This document shows positions 39,260-49,396 of a DNA stretch of 64,000 bases, piece by piece. The stretch covers positions 96,001 to 160,000 of the IMG/VR virus record IMGVR_UViG_3300026549_000032; one strand, 5' to 3'. Made by a program: the position numbers and the translations under genes. The notes beneath the pieces are model-generated. The model ran no database searches, was not told where the DNA came from, and saw only the letters and a program-made list of their open reading frames with translations. Positions within the stretch are counted from its first letter, which is position 1. Each line of letters starts with the position of its first letter. The stretch is from a virus (Duplodnaviria; Caudoviricetes).

Positions 39260-40327
39260 CTAGGAATTCTTTTGTCTAAGTTTGGTATAACTCTGCTTCC
39301 CTTTCGCCACTGACGAGGGATCAATGAGTCTCCAATACCTATTATTTTTGTTTTCAAATATGTTATCCGCGTACTCTGGAGGACGTTTATCGCTTTTAGA
39401 AGTTTCATGTACGGATTCTCCATCCTGCTTTATTCCAAAAGCATTGTCCCAAGAAACGTCAAATATGTCGCCTGCCTTACGACCTGTTAATGAGAGTGGT
39501 GATATTCCTCCACCATTCTTTACTAGTCGGATGATAATATACATATTACCTTCAATATCAATGAAGTCCGACTCTTTTACTTTTTCCGATCCTTTAAAAT
39601 CCCCTGTTATCATAGTCCAAGGAACATCTTCTCCCTTCTTATAGCCCTGATAAGAGCCTATTCCCTGAATATCATTCTTTATGGATATTCTGAGGGATAC
39701 AAGGAAGAGTTCCGCATCTAAGAAGTCACCACCTGGGGTTTGGATTATATTCTTATCGGAGGTATTCTTGAAACCACTAAGCTTCAATACCATGTACCGA
39801 ATTGATCCTCTCCATTCTTCCAAGGCGGAAGTTGGATACGTACTCAGGTCTAGGTTATCAAAGACCTTTTTCTCAGGATCAAACTGTCTCCAGGCAATGA
39901 TGTCAGCTGGGAAGATGATGAGTTTTGGCTTATATTCAATTCCGAAATACTCACACATCTTTTCTGAGAGGAACTTCTTGTGACCTATCTCACCGGTCTG
40001 ATGAGACATTATCACAGAATTGAACTTCTCCGTCTGAACAACCTTTTCCAGCTTATAGACTGTCTTAAGTCCATTCTCGTAGAGGTGTCCAGGGATGAGT
40101 TCTCCACTAGAATCCTCTACGGCAGGGAGGGGAAGTCTTGGCTTCTCAAGACGTTGATCGAGGAAGGATAGATAGCGATCCGTTGGGATAACATCTATCC
40201 TATCTCCCTTTAATCTAACGTAATGTGTTGCACGAGACCTATAGTGAAAGACGGGATATCCTTTCTCATCTTTCCCCTCGGTTACTCTAATCGTATCAGT
40301 ATCGTTATAACAATACATCCCTGCCAT
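39260..40327 (-). CDS. Hypothetical protein
   Basis: 355 aa, TAATG-coupled to telA. Confidence 0.7.
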   Translation of the reverse strand: MAGMYCYNDTDTIRVTEGKDEKGYPVFHYRSRATHYVRLKGDRIDVIPTDRYLSFLDQRLEKPRLPLPAVEDSSGELIPGHLYENGLKTVYKLEKVVQTEKFNSVIMSHQTGEIGHKKFLSEKMCEYFGIEYKPKLIIFPADIIAWRQFDPEKKVFDNLDLSTYPTSALEEWRGSIRYMVLKLSGFKNTSDKNIIQTPGGDFLDAELFLVSLRISIKNDIQGIGSYQGYKKGEDVPWTMITGDFKGSEKVKESDFIDIEGNMYIIIRLVKNGGGISPLSLTGRKAGDIFDVSWDNAFGIKQDGESVHETSKSDKRPPEYADNIFENKNNRYWRLIDPSSVAKGKQSYTKLRQKNS

Positions 40328-41523
40328 TACTTAAGCTCATCTGCTGTGATAGCTGCCTTACCAGTACCGTACATTTCTTCGAGGTCCTTGGCAATACCAC
40401 GGAGTTCCTCGCTGGTTTCTTTATTAATCCTAGAGATTTCTGCACGAGCTTCTGCTCTCTTCTGAGCAGCTTCACGTATATTCTGGGCTGATGTCTTGAG
40501 GGCCTCCACAACACTGGTATTAGCCTGACGATAGGCATCGAGATCGATGATATCACGCATGGCATTCTCCTCTACCTTGATGGTGATGTTCTTCATGTTC
40601 TCAGCATTCTGAACAATCATCTTATTGTGCATATCCTTGATGAGCTTCTGAGATTCTGCAATCTCTTCACTTCTCTGGTCAATGATAGCAATGGCGATAG
40701 AGGTTTCCCACTCTGGGAGCACATGATTCCTGATGTTCTCCGCACTGGAGGCCAGGATCTCAGTATTATCCTTCATCTTCTGGATCTGCGGGAGAAGGAT
40801 GTGGCCATTATATTGAGCTGCCATGAACAGCTGGTGACCACGCTCGTCGATCTTCTCAAGAAATCTCTTCTTAGAGATAAGTTCCTGATCAGACCACTTG
40901 CCCGGAGTTTCCTTGTTTTCCTCAAGCATTCTGTTATACTCGTCCTCAGTATCCTTAAAGAGCTGAGCGAGGGCAACGTAATCCATACCAAGCTGCTCTA
41001 TATAGGAGACAGTCTTTCTCTGAATCTCGTCCAAGGTATTGTAATCCTGGAAGAGGTCAGCCTGTTGTGTTGCCAGAGAGTCAGAGACACGGCCAATAGT
41101 CTTCTTAGCGGATTCGTGTTTCTGAATGAGTTTATCTACACGAGCTGCTGCCGGGACTCCGATAAAGGGGAGTTTGGCTACGAATTTCTTCCAACCGGTC
41201 AGTTTGTCGGGATCTGCGAGCTGAGACTCATTAATGACGTCTACAATCTCCTGAATATAACCACCGACAGGACCGGCCTTATCTATCTTGTTCATTTCCA
41301 GCAACTTCGCCGAGCACTCACTCTTTGTGGACTCAAGCTTAATGCCGAAAGATGACAAGGTCTTCTCGTCTTTTACGTGGCGAGTGATCTCACGACACCG
41401 AGCAACTGCCTCTGGAGACAAGCTACTGACGTCAACGCGACCATCTTCACCAACAACACGACTAAGTTTCACCAATGCGTCGTCCGCACTTTCTCTTACT
41501 GTTTTTACAATTTCGTTTGCCAT
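40327..41523 (-). CDS. Toxic anion resistance protein (TelA-like)
   Basis: SSFG, KLPFIG, helical body, LPQIQKM..N..L, VLPEWETSIAIA. Confidence 0.75.
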   Translation of the reverse strand: MANEIVKTVRESADDALVKLSRVVGEDGRVDVSSLSPEAVARCREITRHVKDEKTLSSFGIKLESTKSECSAKLLEMNKIDKAGPVGGYIQEIVDVINESQLADPDKLTGWKKFVAKLPFIGVPAAARVDKLIQKHESAKKTIGRVSDSLATQQADLFQDYNTLDEIQRKTVSYIEQLGMDYVALAQLFKDTEDEYNRMLEENKETPGKWSDQELISKKRFLEKIDERGHQLFMAAQYNGHILLPQIQKMKDNTEILASSAENIRNHVLPEWETSIAIAIIDQRSEEIAESQKLIKDMHNKMIVQNAENMKNITIKVEENAMRDIIDLDAYRQANTSVVEALKTSAQNIREAAQKRAEARAEISRINKETSEELRGIAKDLEEMYGTGKAAITADELK

Positions 41524-41576
41524 ACTTTAAAATAGTTTATGTTTATCACACCTATAAGGAAATTAAAACCCAAGGA

Positions 41577-42260
41577 TTATTCCAAGGGTTTTGTCATGTC
41601 ATACTTATAAAGTTCAGCCGGAGAGACGAGATGTTTCTCGAAGAATTCCTTACATCTCTTCTTTCTAAACTCTAGTTCTCCTTCTGGAGTTCCATAAGTT
41701 TGCTGAAGCCAGCCGTAGGAAGAAAGTTCTTTCTTTTTCTTCTTCTCAGATTTCCAACGTTTCTTGATCTTCTCAAGGAGGGCAGCCTCTTCTTTCAGTT
41801 CTTCACGAAGTTTGATCATCATGGGCCAATCCTCCATGAATTCAATGATTTCATAGGTCTGTCTCTCTTCGGGTTTTAATTTCTTAATCCATTCCCGCTC
41901 GTCTTTGGTGGGTCTCCGGATAAGACGGCCATTATCGTCCTTGATATAGAAATAGTCGGAGTCGATAACATAATAGTTCTTAAGGAGGTAGTCTATGACA
42001 TCGTCCTTAGCTTCATCAATGTCAAGCATGGACCAACCTTCGGGGATCCAATCATAAGTGTCACCCCAATCTTTATTTGCCGGACTTGTATTATCATAAA
42101 TAGACAATTCTCCTCCCATGCCAGAACTTTTCCCGGAGTCAATAGACTCAAGGTCCTTCAAGATGTCGGCCACACTCTTTCCGTAGTTTCTAAAGATGAA
42201 AACTTCTGAGGATGAGTTGGTAATGACATCTGTCTTACTTCTTACTCTTCTTTTTGCCAT
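41577..42260 (-). CDS. TNSS-motif protein 6
   Basis: MAKRRVRSKTDVITNSSSEVFI; SGMGG motif. Confidence 0.8.
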   Translation of the reverse strand: MAKRRVRSKTDVITNSSSEVFIFRNYGKSVADILKDLESIDSGKSSGMGGELSIYDNTSPANKDWGDTYDWIPEGWSMLDIDEAKDDVIDYLLKNYYVIDSDYFYIKDDNGRLIRRPTKDEREWIKKLKPEERQTYEIIEFMEDWPMMIKLREELKEEAALLEKIKKRWKSEKKKKKELSSYGWLQQTYGTPEGELEFRKKRCKEFFEKHLVSPAELYKYDMTKPLE

Positions 42261-42538
42261 GTTGTATCCTTTACTTTACTTTTACCAAATGCTCTCTTTA
42301 AGTGCTTCTCAGTATCAATCAGACCACAAGGGCCATGGAGATACTCTATATCAACGGCAGTCCCATCGAAGGTATCACTGAAATCTGCCGTAAAGATATC
42401 CGGTTTCTTTGGGTTATTCCTAGTTCCAAATGTACCAAGACCTTCTAGGTAATCATACCAAGTTTCCATGACGGTTTCCCAATCACCGCTCTTTTGGATT
42501 CGGTACGATTCTATAACCTCGTCGTATTTGTTGATCAT
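42242..42538 (-). CDS. Hypothetical protein within TNSS cluster 2
   Basis: 98 aa, overlaps both neighbours, lacks the motif. Confidence 0.6.
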   Translation of the reverse strand: MINKYDEVIESYRIQKSGDWETVMETWYDYLEGLGTFGTRNNPKKPDIFTADFSDTFDGTAVDIEYLHGPCGLIDTEKHLKRAFGKSKVKDTTWQKEE

Positions 42539-43023
42539 GTTCTATAGTGTTCTATGAATTTTCTTTTATTCTTCTTCATCCACTTCTCTATGACCTCAAC
42601 ACAGCTGTTCCAGTGGTCAAGTTCTCCGTAGGCCTTTCCAATCAGCTCATTCCAGGCAGGATCTGCCAGAACTTTATCCCAAAACTCTTTATCCTTCTTC
42701 TCAAGATACTCCTTAACTTCTGTCACTGTATGACCAAAATCAACGAGTACTTGGAGAGTTGTGGTACTAATCCTCAAGTTAGCTGACGGAGGAACAGCAG
42801 CTGGAAGTCCTAACCCTGAGGGAGGTCTCATTATACGCTTGATGTCCTCCTTGCTGTGATACACTTTCACATTCTTGGTTAAGGAGGTCTCTACGTATTC
42901 TTTGTTCTCCAGGTCAGACTCCTTGAGATACTCCATGAAGTCATCCCAGTCCTGAACCTTCATTATAAAAACCTCAGAACTACTGTTAGTGATTACGTCT
43001 GTTTTGCTTCGTACTCTAAACAT
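42535..43023 (-). CDS. TNSS-motif protein 5
   Basis: MFRVRSKTDVITNSSSEVFI. Confidence 0.8.
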   Translation of the reverse strand: MFRVRSKTDVITNSSSEVFIMKVQDWDDFMEYLKESDLENKEYVETSLTKNVKVYHSKEDIKRIMRPPSGLGLPAAVPPSANLRISTTTLQVLVDFGHTVTEVKEYLEKKDKEFWDKVLADPAWNELIGKAYGELDHWNSCVEVIEKWMKKNKRKFIEHYRT

Positions 43024-43547
43024 TTCTGTACACTCATATAATATCGTTCCACTTTCTCATATTCTGGCCAAAGCTTCTGAAGGTCTTTATCAGATTCTAG
43101 GTTGGCCATCTTATCTTGCATTTCCTGCCATCTCTTCTCCCAATGGTCCTTCAGCCAACCCCAGAAGAGATTCTTTGGGGAATGTCCAGGCCAAGCTAAA
43201 CATTGGATATAGTCTGGGTTAGTCATAATCCACCTTCTCTTCTCCTGGAAGGCATAGTCCAGGTCAATGGCTAGGTAACCGTCGGGGAGACATTCAAAGG
43301 GTTTATGCTCATCAATAACATCACTTGCTTCAGACTCATAGTCTTCCCAATCCCAGTAGTAACAATCGTTCTTAGTGGTTTGGTTATCATAGACTTCAAC
43401 TATTCCTCCCATCCCTGAAACGCGACTGTCCTCTTCCTTTATTTTCTCTAGGAATCGTTTCATTGCCTCCGGACTCTTATCACTTTTTATGATGAAGACC
43501 TCCGACGAGGAATTAGTTATGACATCCGTTTTGCTCTTGACTTGCAT
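42993..43547 (-). CDS. TNSS-motif protein 4
   Basis: MQVKSKTDVITNSSSEVFI; SGMGG motif. Confidence 0.8.
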   Translation of the reverse strand: MQVKSKTDVITNSSSEVFIIKSDKSPEAMKRFLEKIKEEDSRVSGMGGIVEVYDNQTTKNDCYYWDWEDYESEASDVIDEHKPFECLPDGYLAIDLDYAFQEKRRWIMTNPDYIQCLAWPGHSPKNLFWGWLKDHWEKRWQEMQDKMANLESDKDLQKLWPEYEKVERYYMSVQKCLEYEAKQT

Positions 43548-43879
43548 GATGGATTTGTGTAATATATGATTCTACTTTTCTCAAGTATACGTCGTTCCAA
43601 GAACCAAGAGGTTACTTTCCTAATAGCCAGATAGCTAAGTTCATCTAATCCGACAATGTAGTGGGGCGTGATTTCACCATGTTCGTTATCATAGTTAATC
43701 TGCTTCACCCCTAATACGATGGCCGATGCTATCTTGGGTAGTTTGTACGGGTCTATCTCTTTGACTTCGAGATCTCCAGGAAGTCCAAGTTCGTCGGAAC
43801 CCTCTATACAATCTTCCTTAGTCAAGAATACGTAAAACTTTGGTTTTAGAACATCCTCTTTAGTCCAAGCGATGTACAT
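43517..43879 (-). CDS. Hypothetical protein
   Basis: 120 aa in operon. Confidence 0.6.
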   Translation of the reverse strand: MYIAWTKEDVLKPKFYVFLTKEDCIEGSDELGLPGDLEVKEIDPYKLPKIASAIVLGVKQINYDNEHGEITPHYIVGLDELSYLAIRKVTSWFLERRILEKSRIIYYTNPSCKSRAKRMS

Positions 43880-45237
43880 TTCTTATTAATCCAGCTTTTC
43901 CAACCCAGACCATAAAACTCCTTCCTGACTTCTCGAATGAGATTGTCAACGAAATCCAGGTCAATCTCATCAGGGAGTTTAGAAGAGGCCATGGCGTCTT
44001 TCATTTCCTGATCGCGAGAGGTTAAGTACTTCATCAAGTCTTCATAGACGATATCGCCATTCCTAATCTGAAGCAACCAATCTCTGTCGATCCCTCGGCG
44101 GTCTATCTTAACACCTTCACCACGGGCAATCTCAATTCCCATGGCAAGGAGTCGGGCTGAGTGCATACCATTCTTCAGGTCATAGTGACCTTTCTTGGCC
44201 AGGTTGAAGCGCTCTTCATTGTGATGTTTGCTCCAGTCGTGATACTCCTTATACTGCTGACAATAGGTCGAATAAGCATCCTTGTTATAGGATACTAGGA
44301 GTACGGCTTTCTCACCTTTGGGGATAGAGCTTAAGCGCACCTGATTTGACGTATCCTTCTCATTGACAAGACCTTTATAACCAAAAGGCTGTTCTACATC
44401 ATCCCAGAATTTCTCTACCTCATCCCAACAGATAATACTTCCGTAGGGGTCGTAACCGAGGAGTGAATATCCTTTCTCCATTCCGTAATGGAACAAGGAC
44501 TTCAAGAAGGGGTTAGAGAAATCATCCTCTACCTTTTTATCGAAATCCTCGGTACAGAACTTCTTCAAGTCCTCAAAGCATCGAATATTGTATTCGAAAT
44601 AGAGGTGTGCTGGGAAGTCATAGTACATGTCGTAGCAGCAAATCATCTTATCAAGATTCACCAAGCCACAATACTTCTGGAGGAGGCCATGATTCTTGAG
44701 CCAGTTGACTACGGTATCAGAACCGCCTTCTTTCTCGTACATAATGAATTCCAAGACACTCTGTTGCGGACCCTCAATGGGATGAACAATTTTCTTTTTG
44801 AGGTTCTGTGCCTTCTCAATCTGAGTTTTTGCATAACCCATGAAAGATCCGAAACACTTCTTCGTTACGAACTGATCTCTTTTGGAGAGAATAATGTCCA
44901 TAACGGGATGCTTATAGAGGATCTTGTCTTCAGGGACATACAGTGACTCTAAGACGTTTGGATTTGACTTAATGAGAAGATCCATGAACTTCCTCAATGA
45001 GAACCACGAATCGTCGTTCGTCGCATCATGAACGTCCTCTGGGAATTCTAGGCCATGTCCGAGAAGAGTGTCATGGGGTTCTATGTAGACACCTCCATGG
45101 TCTTCATCCGATTCTGGCCGATCCAGTCCATACAACTTACTTCCTCTTACATACTCATACAAGAGAAGTCCTTTCTCTCTAAGATACTGAAAGTCAATCT
45201 TTCTCTTTAGGGGTTCCATTTTAATGATGTGAGTCAT
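43846..45237 (-). CDS. Pol-beta superfamily nucleotidyltransferase (YcgL/RlaP-like) with central insertion
   Basis: RGSKLYGL...SDED, KSNPNVLE, YDLKNGMHSARLL, LLQIRNG. Confidence 0.85.
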   Translation of the reverse strand: MTHIIKMEPLKRKIDFQYLREKGLLLYEYVRGSKLYGLDRPESDEDHGGVYIEPHDTLLGHGLEFPEDVHDATNDDSWFSLRKFMDLLIKSNPNVLESLYVPEDKILYKHPVMDIILSKRDQFVTKKCFGSFMGYAKTQIEKAQNLKKKIVHPIEGPQQSVLEFIMYEKEGGSDTVVNWLKNHGLLQKYCGLVNLDKMICCYDMYYDFPAHLYFEYNIRCFEDLKKFCTEDFDKKVEDDFSNPFLKSLFHYGMEKGYSLLGYDPYGSIICWDEVEKFWDDVEQPFGYKGLVNEKDTSNQVRLSSIPKGEKAVLLVSYNKDAYSTYCQQYKEYHDWSKHHNEERFNLAKKGHYDLKNGMHSARLLAMGIEIARGEGVKIDRRGIDRDWLLQIRNGDIVYEDLMKYLTSRDQEMKDAMASSKLPDEIDLDFVDNLIREVRKEFYGLGWKSWINKKCTSLGLKRMF

Positions 45238-45604
45238 ATTGCTTAATAAATTCTTCTAAGTATGATGTTACATCCTTATTCGTCTTCTGTTTATCTTTAG
45301 GAATCAAGTGGGCCTTAGCGAAGACTTGTTTAGTCCATCCATTCTCATGGCCGTGATTGTTTCCTATCTTGACTCCCTTCTCTCTATCGATCGCATATAC
45401 TTTATGAGTATAACAATTTCCGTGAACCTTGGCGAAAACAATATCACCTTCCTCCAGAGAATATAGCTCTTCCTCGTCCTTTATGGGGACTAGAATAACC
45501 GGTTCTCTAGATTTCAGGATAGGCTCCATTGAATTGCCCGGCTCTCTACTAACGATAATTTCTCCGTTTTGGAGTCGTTCAATTTTATTTTGTACGTAAT
45601 TCAT
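45221..45604 (-). CDS. S24/S26 peptidase-fold protein
   Basis: GNSMEPILKS, GDIVF, THKV. Confidence 0.65.
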   Translation of the reverse strand: MNYVQNKIERLQNGEIIVSREPGNSMEPILKSREPVILVPIKDEEELYSLEEGDIVFAKVHGNCYTHKVYAIDREKGVKIGNNHGHENGWTKQVFAKAHLIPKDKQKTNKDVTSYLEEFIKQYDSHH

Positions 45605-45643
45605 ATTCACCAATAAGGATTATAGAAAAGAAAAGGAGTACTT

Positions 45644-46144
45644 TTAATACTCCTTTCTAAAATCTTTATCAAAATAGTCGATCCTGTGGATCAATTCTCT
45701 CCATTTCTCCCTCATGGTCTCCTCATTATCAGTGCTTTTGAATCTTTCGCTGGCAGACATTCCAGTGTCGTAATACCTGAATATGTAAAGCTCCTTTCTA
45801 GGATTCCAGCTTTCTTCGTTTTTATCCGTCCTGTCTAAGTCATATTCGATACGAACCTGTATACTTTGATGACGATCCTTTGTTACCATATTCTCATATC
45901 TTTTTTCTAACATGAGAAAGGCTCTTTTAACAACGTCATCAAAGCTCCACCCAAGCTCTACTTTATCGTGAGACTCATTTACTCCTTTATCAGGAGCAGG
46001 TAGTGGTGGAGTAGCTTCCTCTTTTTCTTTTGGCTTAGGAAGTGCTATTTCTTTTGCTAATAATTCCTTCTTGTAGGGACAGGTCTCACTTGGACATAAG
46101 TGTTTACAGAATGCTTTAAAAAGTCCCATTCTTATTGAACCCAA
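45644..46144 (-). CDS. Hypothetical protein
   Basis: 166 aa. Confidence 0.6.
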   Translation of the reverse strand: MGSIRMGLFKAFCKHLCPSETCPYKKELLAKEIALPKPKEKEEATPPLPAPDKGVNESHDKVELGWSFDDVVKRAFLMLEKRYENMVTKDRHQSIQVRIEYDLDRTDKNEESWNPRKELYIFRYYDTGMSASERFKSTDNEETMREKWRELIHRIDYFDKDFRKEY

Positions 46145-47229
46145 ACTTCTTCATCATAGTAACCTTTATCCAGAGCGTTCAGGAAGAATCTGATTTCCTT
46201 TGAGGCACGACAGGGTGTGAAATTGTTAGTATCAACACCTACATCGAGTCCGAAAGGTTTGATTCTCTGACGTCCATGAATATGTCCAAAAAGCGCACAC
46301 TTAGTACCAAACTTAAGTCTGGCATTGTTCGTAGCTATAGGTTCGTGGCCTAGAGTGATCTTTTGACTATCCTTGAAAGACGTATAGAGATCCGTCTCGA
46401 AAGGTTCATCTGAGAACTGATCGAATCCTTTCTCACAAAGAATCTCTCCATACCTCTTAACGTCTCCGTCATATTTCTCCTGGATATCTTTCTTTTCGTA
46501 GTTCCCTAAGACTAGAAGAATCTGTCCATTGAGGTACTTCACCATATCTAAGTTACCGAAGTCTCCTAGGTGATAAACTTTGGAGTTAGGACGTACAACC
46601 TGATTCCATTTCTCGATCATGGTCCAGTCCATCTCTTCAACATTCTTGAATGGTCGAACACTCAACTCTAAGGTTCGCTCTGAGCCGAAATGCGTATCGC
46701 TCGTGAAGAACGTGTTAACACTTCTGTCAGTGGTTTCTAGGTCAGACTTAATTCGTTCTTTTAACTCTTTAATACAGTCTTCAAGATTATCGTGGACTGC
46801 ATATAAGCCAGAATTAGCTAACCTATACTCCTCAGCCTTGTGAACTAAGTACCTTCGAGTATGAATCTCTGGGTGGATACCGAGAATAATTCTCTTTCCA
46901 CGAGCCAGGTTTTCCATGAGCTCGATCTTTGTGGTCTGAGCATAATCTCGTCCCTCTATCTTTTCTTCCTCGGGTGGAATCCAGAATAGAACGTAGTCAC
47001 TAACCCTAAGAGCCTTGGTTTCCCAATCTACCTGTTCATTCCAGTCGAAGGTTGATTTATCTAGGGATTCTCGACGAGGGCTTATAACAGTTACTCCTTC
47101 ACCGAGATCAGGTACATCATTCTTTTGCCAATCATGAACCCCTTGAATAGGTCCTGCTAAGAAGACATAAATACTGTCTTTCTTCTGACCTGGGATAATT
47201 GGATTTGGCGCTTGAATAAATCTACTCAT
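46132..47229 (-). CDS. Nucleoside 2-deoxyribosyltransferase-like domain fused to calcineurin-like metallophosphoesterase
   Basis: VFLAGPIQG..WQ, SPRR, QVDWE; FTSDTHFG, HLGDF, GNYE, HEP, GHIH, DVGVD. Confidence 0.85.
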   Translation of the reverse strand: MSRFIQAPNPIIPGQKKDSIYVFLAGPIQGVHDWQKNDVPDLGEGVTVISPRRESLDKSTFDWNEQVDWETKALRVSDYVLFWIPPEEEKIEGRDYAQTTKIELMENLARGKRIILGIHPEIHTRRYLVHKAEEYRLANSGLYAVHDNLEDCIKELKERIKSDLETTDRSVNTFFTSDTHFGSERTLELSVRPFKNVEEMDWTMIEKWNQVVRPNSKVYHLGDFGNLDMVKYLNGQILLVLGNYEKKDIQEKYDGDVKRYGEILCEKGFDQFSDEPFETDLYTSFKDSQKITLGHEPIATNNARLKFGTKCALFGHIHGRQRIKPFGLDVGVDTNNFTPCRASKEIRFFLNALDKGYYDEEVWVQ

Positions 47230-47594
47230 GCGTGTATGAATATATCTGTCTTTTCAACACCAGCCTGACCAGACTCAATACCATCCAAGGTAATCTTGAA
47301 ATCCAAGGGCTCATCACGATTCTGTACCTTCTCAATGAGCTGATCCAGCGTGAGATCTGTGTCCAGGATGAATGGAATTACTCCATTGGTACCTACGATC
47401 TTACATTTCTCTAGGGTCAGAAGCTTGTTACCGTCCAGGAAGTCAAAGAGACTCTTGAAGTCAGTAGCATGAGTGTTAACGTGATTTACGAACGCCTTCA
47501 TAGCATCGTCTTCCGTTGCAGCTTCTACAACAACTGATGGCATTTTATCCATCACATAAAACATTGCGAATAATTGTTTCTTTTGATTATCCAT
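47226..47594 (-). CDS. Hypothetical protein
   Basis: 122 aa in operon. Confidence 0.6.
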   Translation of the reverse strand: MDNQKKQLFAMFYVMDKMPSVVVEAATEDDAMKAFVNHVNTHATDFKSLFDFLDGNKLLTLEKCKIVGTNGVIPFILDTDLTLDQLIEKVQNRDEPLDFKITLDGIESGQAGVEKTDIFIHA

Positions 47595-47940
47595 ATCTAT
47601 AATTCTTGATAATATCTTCTCCGCTATATACTTTATATTCTACACCATTAAGGCGATAAACTCTTTTTGGTACTAGAACCTGAAGATTCTTGACTGTGAA
47701 CTCTACTATTTTAGGGTCCTCAAAGAAGGCAACCTTTCTTTTTAAGAGCTCAACTGTTGGGAACTTATTTGTTCCTAAGTTTGCAAAGAGTAGGGTATTC
47801 TTCCAAGTGTCGGGATCTAAGAGAATCAGGGAGGCGATTTCCTTCCATGCATTGACCTTAGTAGGGCTGTCCATGACAATTCCGGTCCAAAGAGGGTCTC
47901 GCCTAATTCCTATTTCGCTTGTCCTACAACTAAAGTACAC
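47587..47940 (-). CDS. Hypothetical protein
   Basis: 117 aa in operon (GTG start). Confidence 0.55.
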   Translation of the reverse strand: MYFSCRTSEIGIRRDPLWTGIVMDSPTKVNAWKEIASLILLDPDTWKNTLLFANLGTNKFPTVELLKRKVAFFEDPKIVEFTVKNLQVLVPKRVYRLNGVEYKVYSGEDIIKNYRYG

Positions 47941-49030
47941 CGTATCTAATCACGTTTTTAAAGTCATTCCAGTTTCGTGTGCCGGTCATCATGAATGCAT
48001 AATAAGCACACTCTTCAAAGTCCTTGCACCACTCATCTAGGTTTGCATTGATTTCAATCCATTCCCAGGCAGTATCGCTGACCTTGATTCTGGGTTTACT
48101 TCTTCTCCAAGATTCGACGTCTTGGAACCCAGCTCTCATAGCTCTAGCCTCTGGAGATGTGTTTCCATAGTACATTCTAGAGAAGCCATTGAGCTTAGCT
48201 TTAACACCATCCATGCCTCGAACTGTGGAAGGATCAATCTCATCCTTCACGAAGTCTCCGGATTTTGTCTTACTACACTTATAGATAGGTCCATAAGCCT
48301 CAATGACACGAGCAAAATCTCTACCTATCATTACATAATCTGCTCCCAGGGCAATGGCTTTAATGATATCAGAGGGACATGTTATTCCTCCATCAGCCAC
48401 AATCTTAACTTGCTTTGGGAGAGTTATGCCTCCTGTCTTCTTGAAATTCTTAATGCCCTCAAGGAGAGATGCCATTGGGTAGTGGAATCCATACTTCCCA
48501 CGATCTACTTGTGAGCCAGAAGCTATCCCAACGCGCATATAGTCAAAACCAGCGCGAGCATATTGAGAGTATACTTCTGGAGTACCTATGTTACCGCCCA
48601 TGACGATGACCTGTGCGCCATACATCCTCTTAAGATCTCCACATAGGTTGATTAGTCCTTGGTCATGTCCATTCCCCGAATCTATGCAGATATGGTACTG
48701 AGTATTTCCTCCAATCCTATTACGATTCAAGAACTCTGCTTTGACTTCGTTCATGGAGAATGCACAGAATACCCACTGACATAGTTCGAGTCTTTCCGTG
48801 AGGGGATCACAGGCAGGGATAACGGGCTTAATTCCATGATCAACAAAGTCCTTTATATTCTCTTTACCAATAATGGCTGAACTAGGACTTGTGAAGATAG
48901 GTAGGGTTCTAGCATATCCCGTCTGGTCATTTGGATCTGTTACTGAATAATCGGCCGTATTACCTAAGTGGCCATTGTTTGTAACGCTTGGAATAAGCGT
49001 AATGTCTTCTAATTCGTAATAATTTTCCAT
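47930..49030 (-). CDS. IMPDH/GMP reductase family paralog lacking the catalytic Cys
   Basis: IDSGNGH, GGNIGT, IVADGGI..DIIKAIALGADYVMIG; loop RVGIASGSQVD has no Cys. Confidence 0.8.
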   Translation of the reverse strand: MENYYELEDITLIPSVTNNGHLGNTADYSVTDPNDQTGYARTLPIFTSPSSAIIGKENIKDFVDHGIKPVIPACDPLTERLELCQWVFCAFSMNEVKAEFLNRNRIGGNTQYHICIDSGNGHDQGLINLCGDLKRMYGAQVIVMGGNIGTPEVYSQYARAGFDYMRVGIASGSQVDRGKYGFHYPMASLLEGIKNFKKTGGITLPKQVKIVADGGITCPSDIIKAIALGADYVMIGRDFARVIEAYGPIYKCSKTKSGDFVKDEIDPSTVRGMDGVKAKLNGFSRMYYGNTSPEARAMRAGFQDVESWRRSKPRIKVSDTAWEWIEINANLDEWCKDFEECAYYAFMMTGTRNWNDFKNVIRYGVL

Positions 49031-49060
49031 AATTCATTTGTAAGGAAAAGGATGACCGTT

Positions 49061-49390
49061 TTAGTCATCCTCATCTCTTGTTACATGTTGCTTCATCCAT
49101 TTACTCATATCTACTCGGTCATCTGGGAAATGAGCACTCCAACCTTGTCTGGCGATCTCTATAACAAAAACCTTTCCATCATCTCCATGTTGATTCAGGA
49201 TTGAATAGATGTAGTCTCGTACGTAATCTTTGTTTCGTTTACTTCTGAGACCCCAGGTTGTTTTTGTCAAGGCAAGTGCGGAACTTCCTTTCTCTTGTCC
49301 GAGACGAGTAAGACCATCTACGACAGCTTCAAACTTTTCTTTTAAGTTCTTTGCTTTATCGATCGAGAATGTTACTATGTATGTCTCCAT
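49061..49390 (-). CDS. Small protein, Cas2-like ferredoxin fold predicted
   Basis: TYIVTF..., TTWGL, KVFVIEI..GW pattern. Confidence 0.45.
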   Translation of the reverse strand: METYIVTFSIDKAKNLKEKFEAVVDGLTRLGQEKGSSALALTKTTWGLRSKRNKDYVRDYIYSILNQHGDDGKVFVIEIARQGWSAHFPDDRVDMSKWMKQHVTRDEDD

Positions 49391-49396
49391 CTCTCT

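Noticed and set aside
40627-41355. Long antisense ORFs (242 aa here; also 23948..24448, 44488..44946, 2229..2642)
   Set aside because: They shadow well-supported genes on the other strand, have no motifs and lack the promoter motif.
49061-49390. CRISPR-Cas locus suggested by a Cas2-like small protein
   Set aside because: No cas1 or other cas genes and no repeat-spacer array seen in the window.
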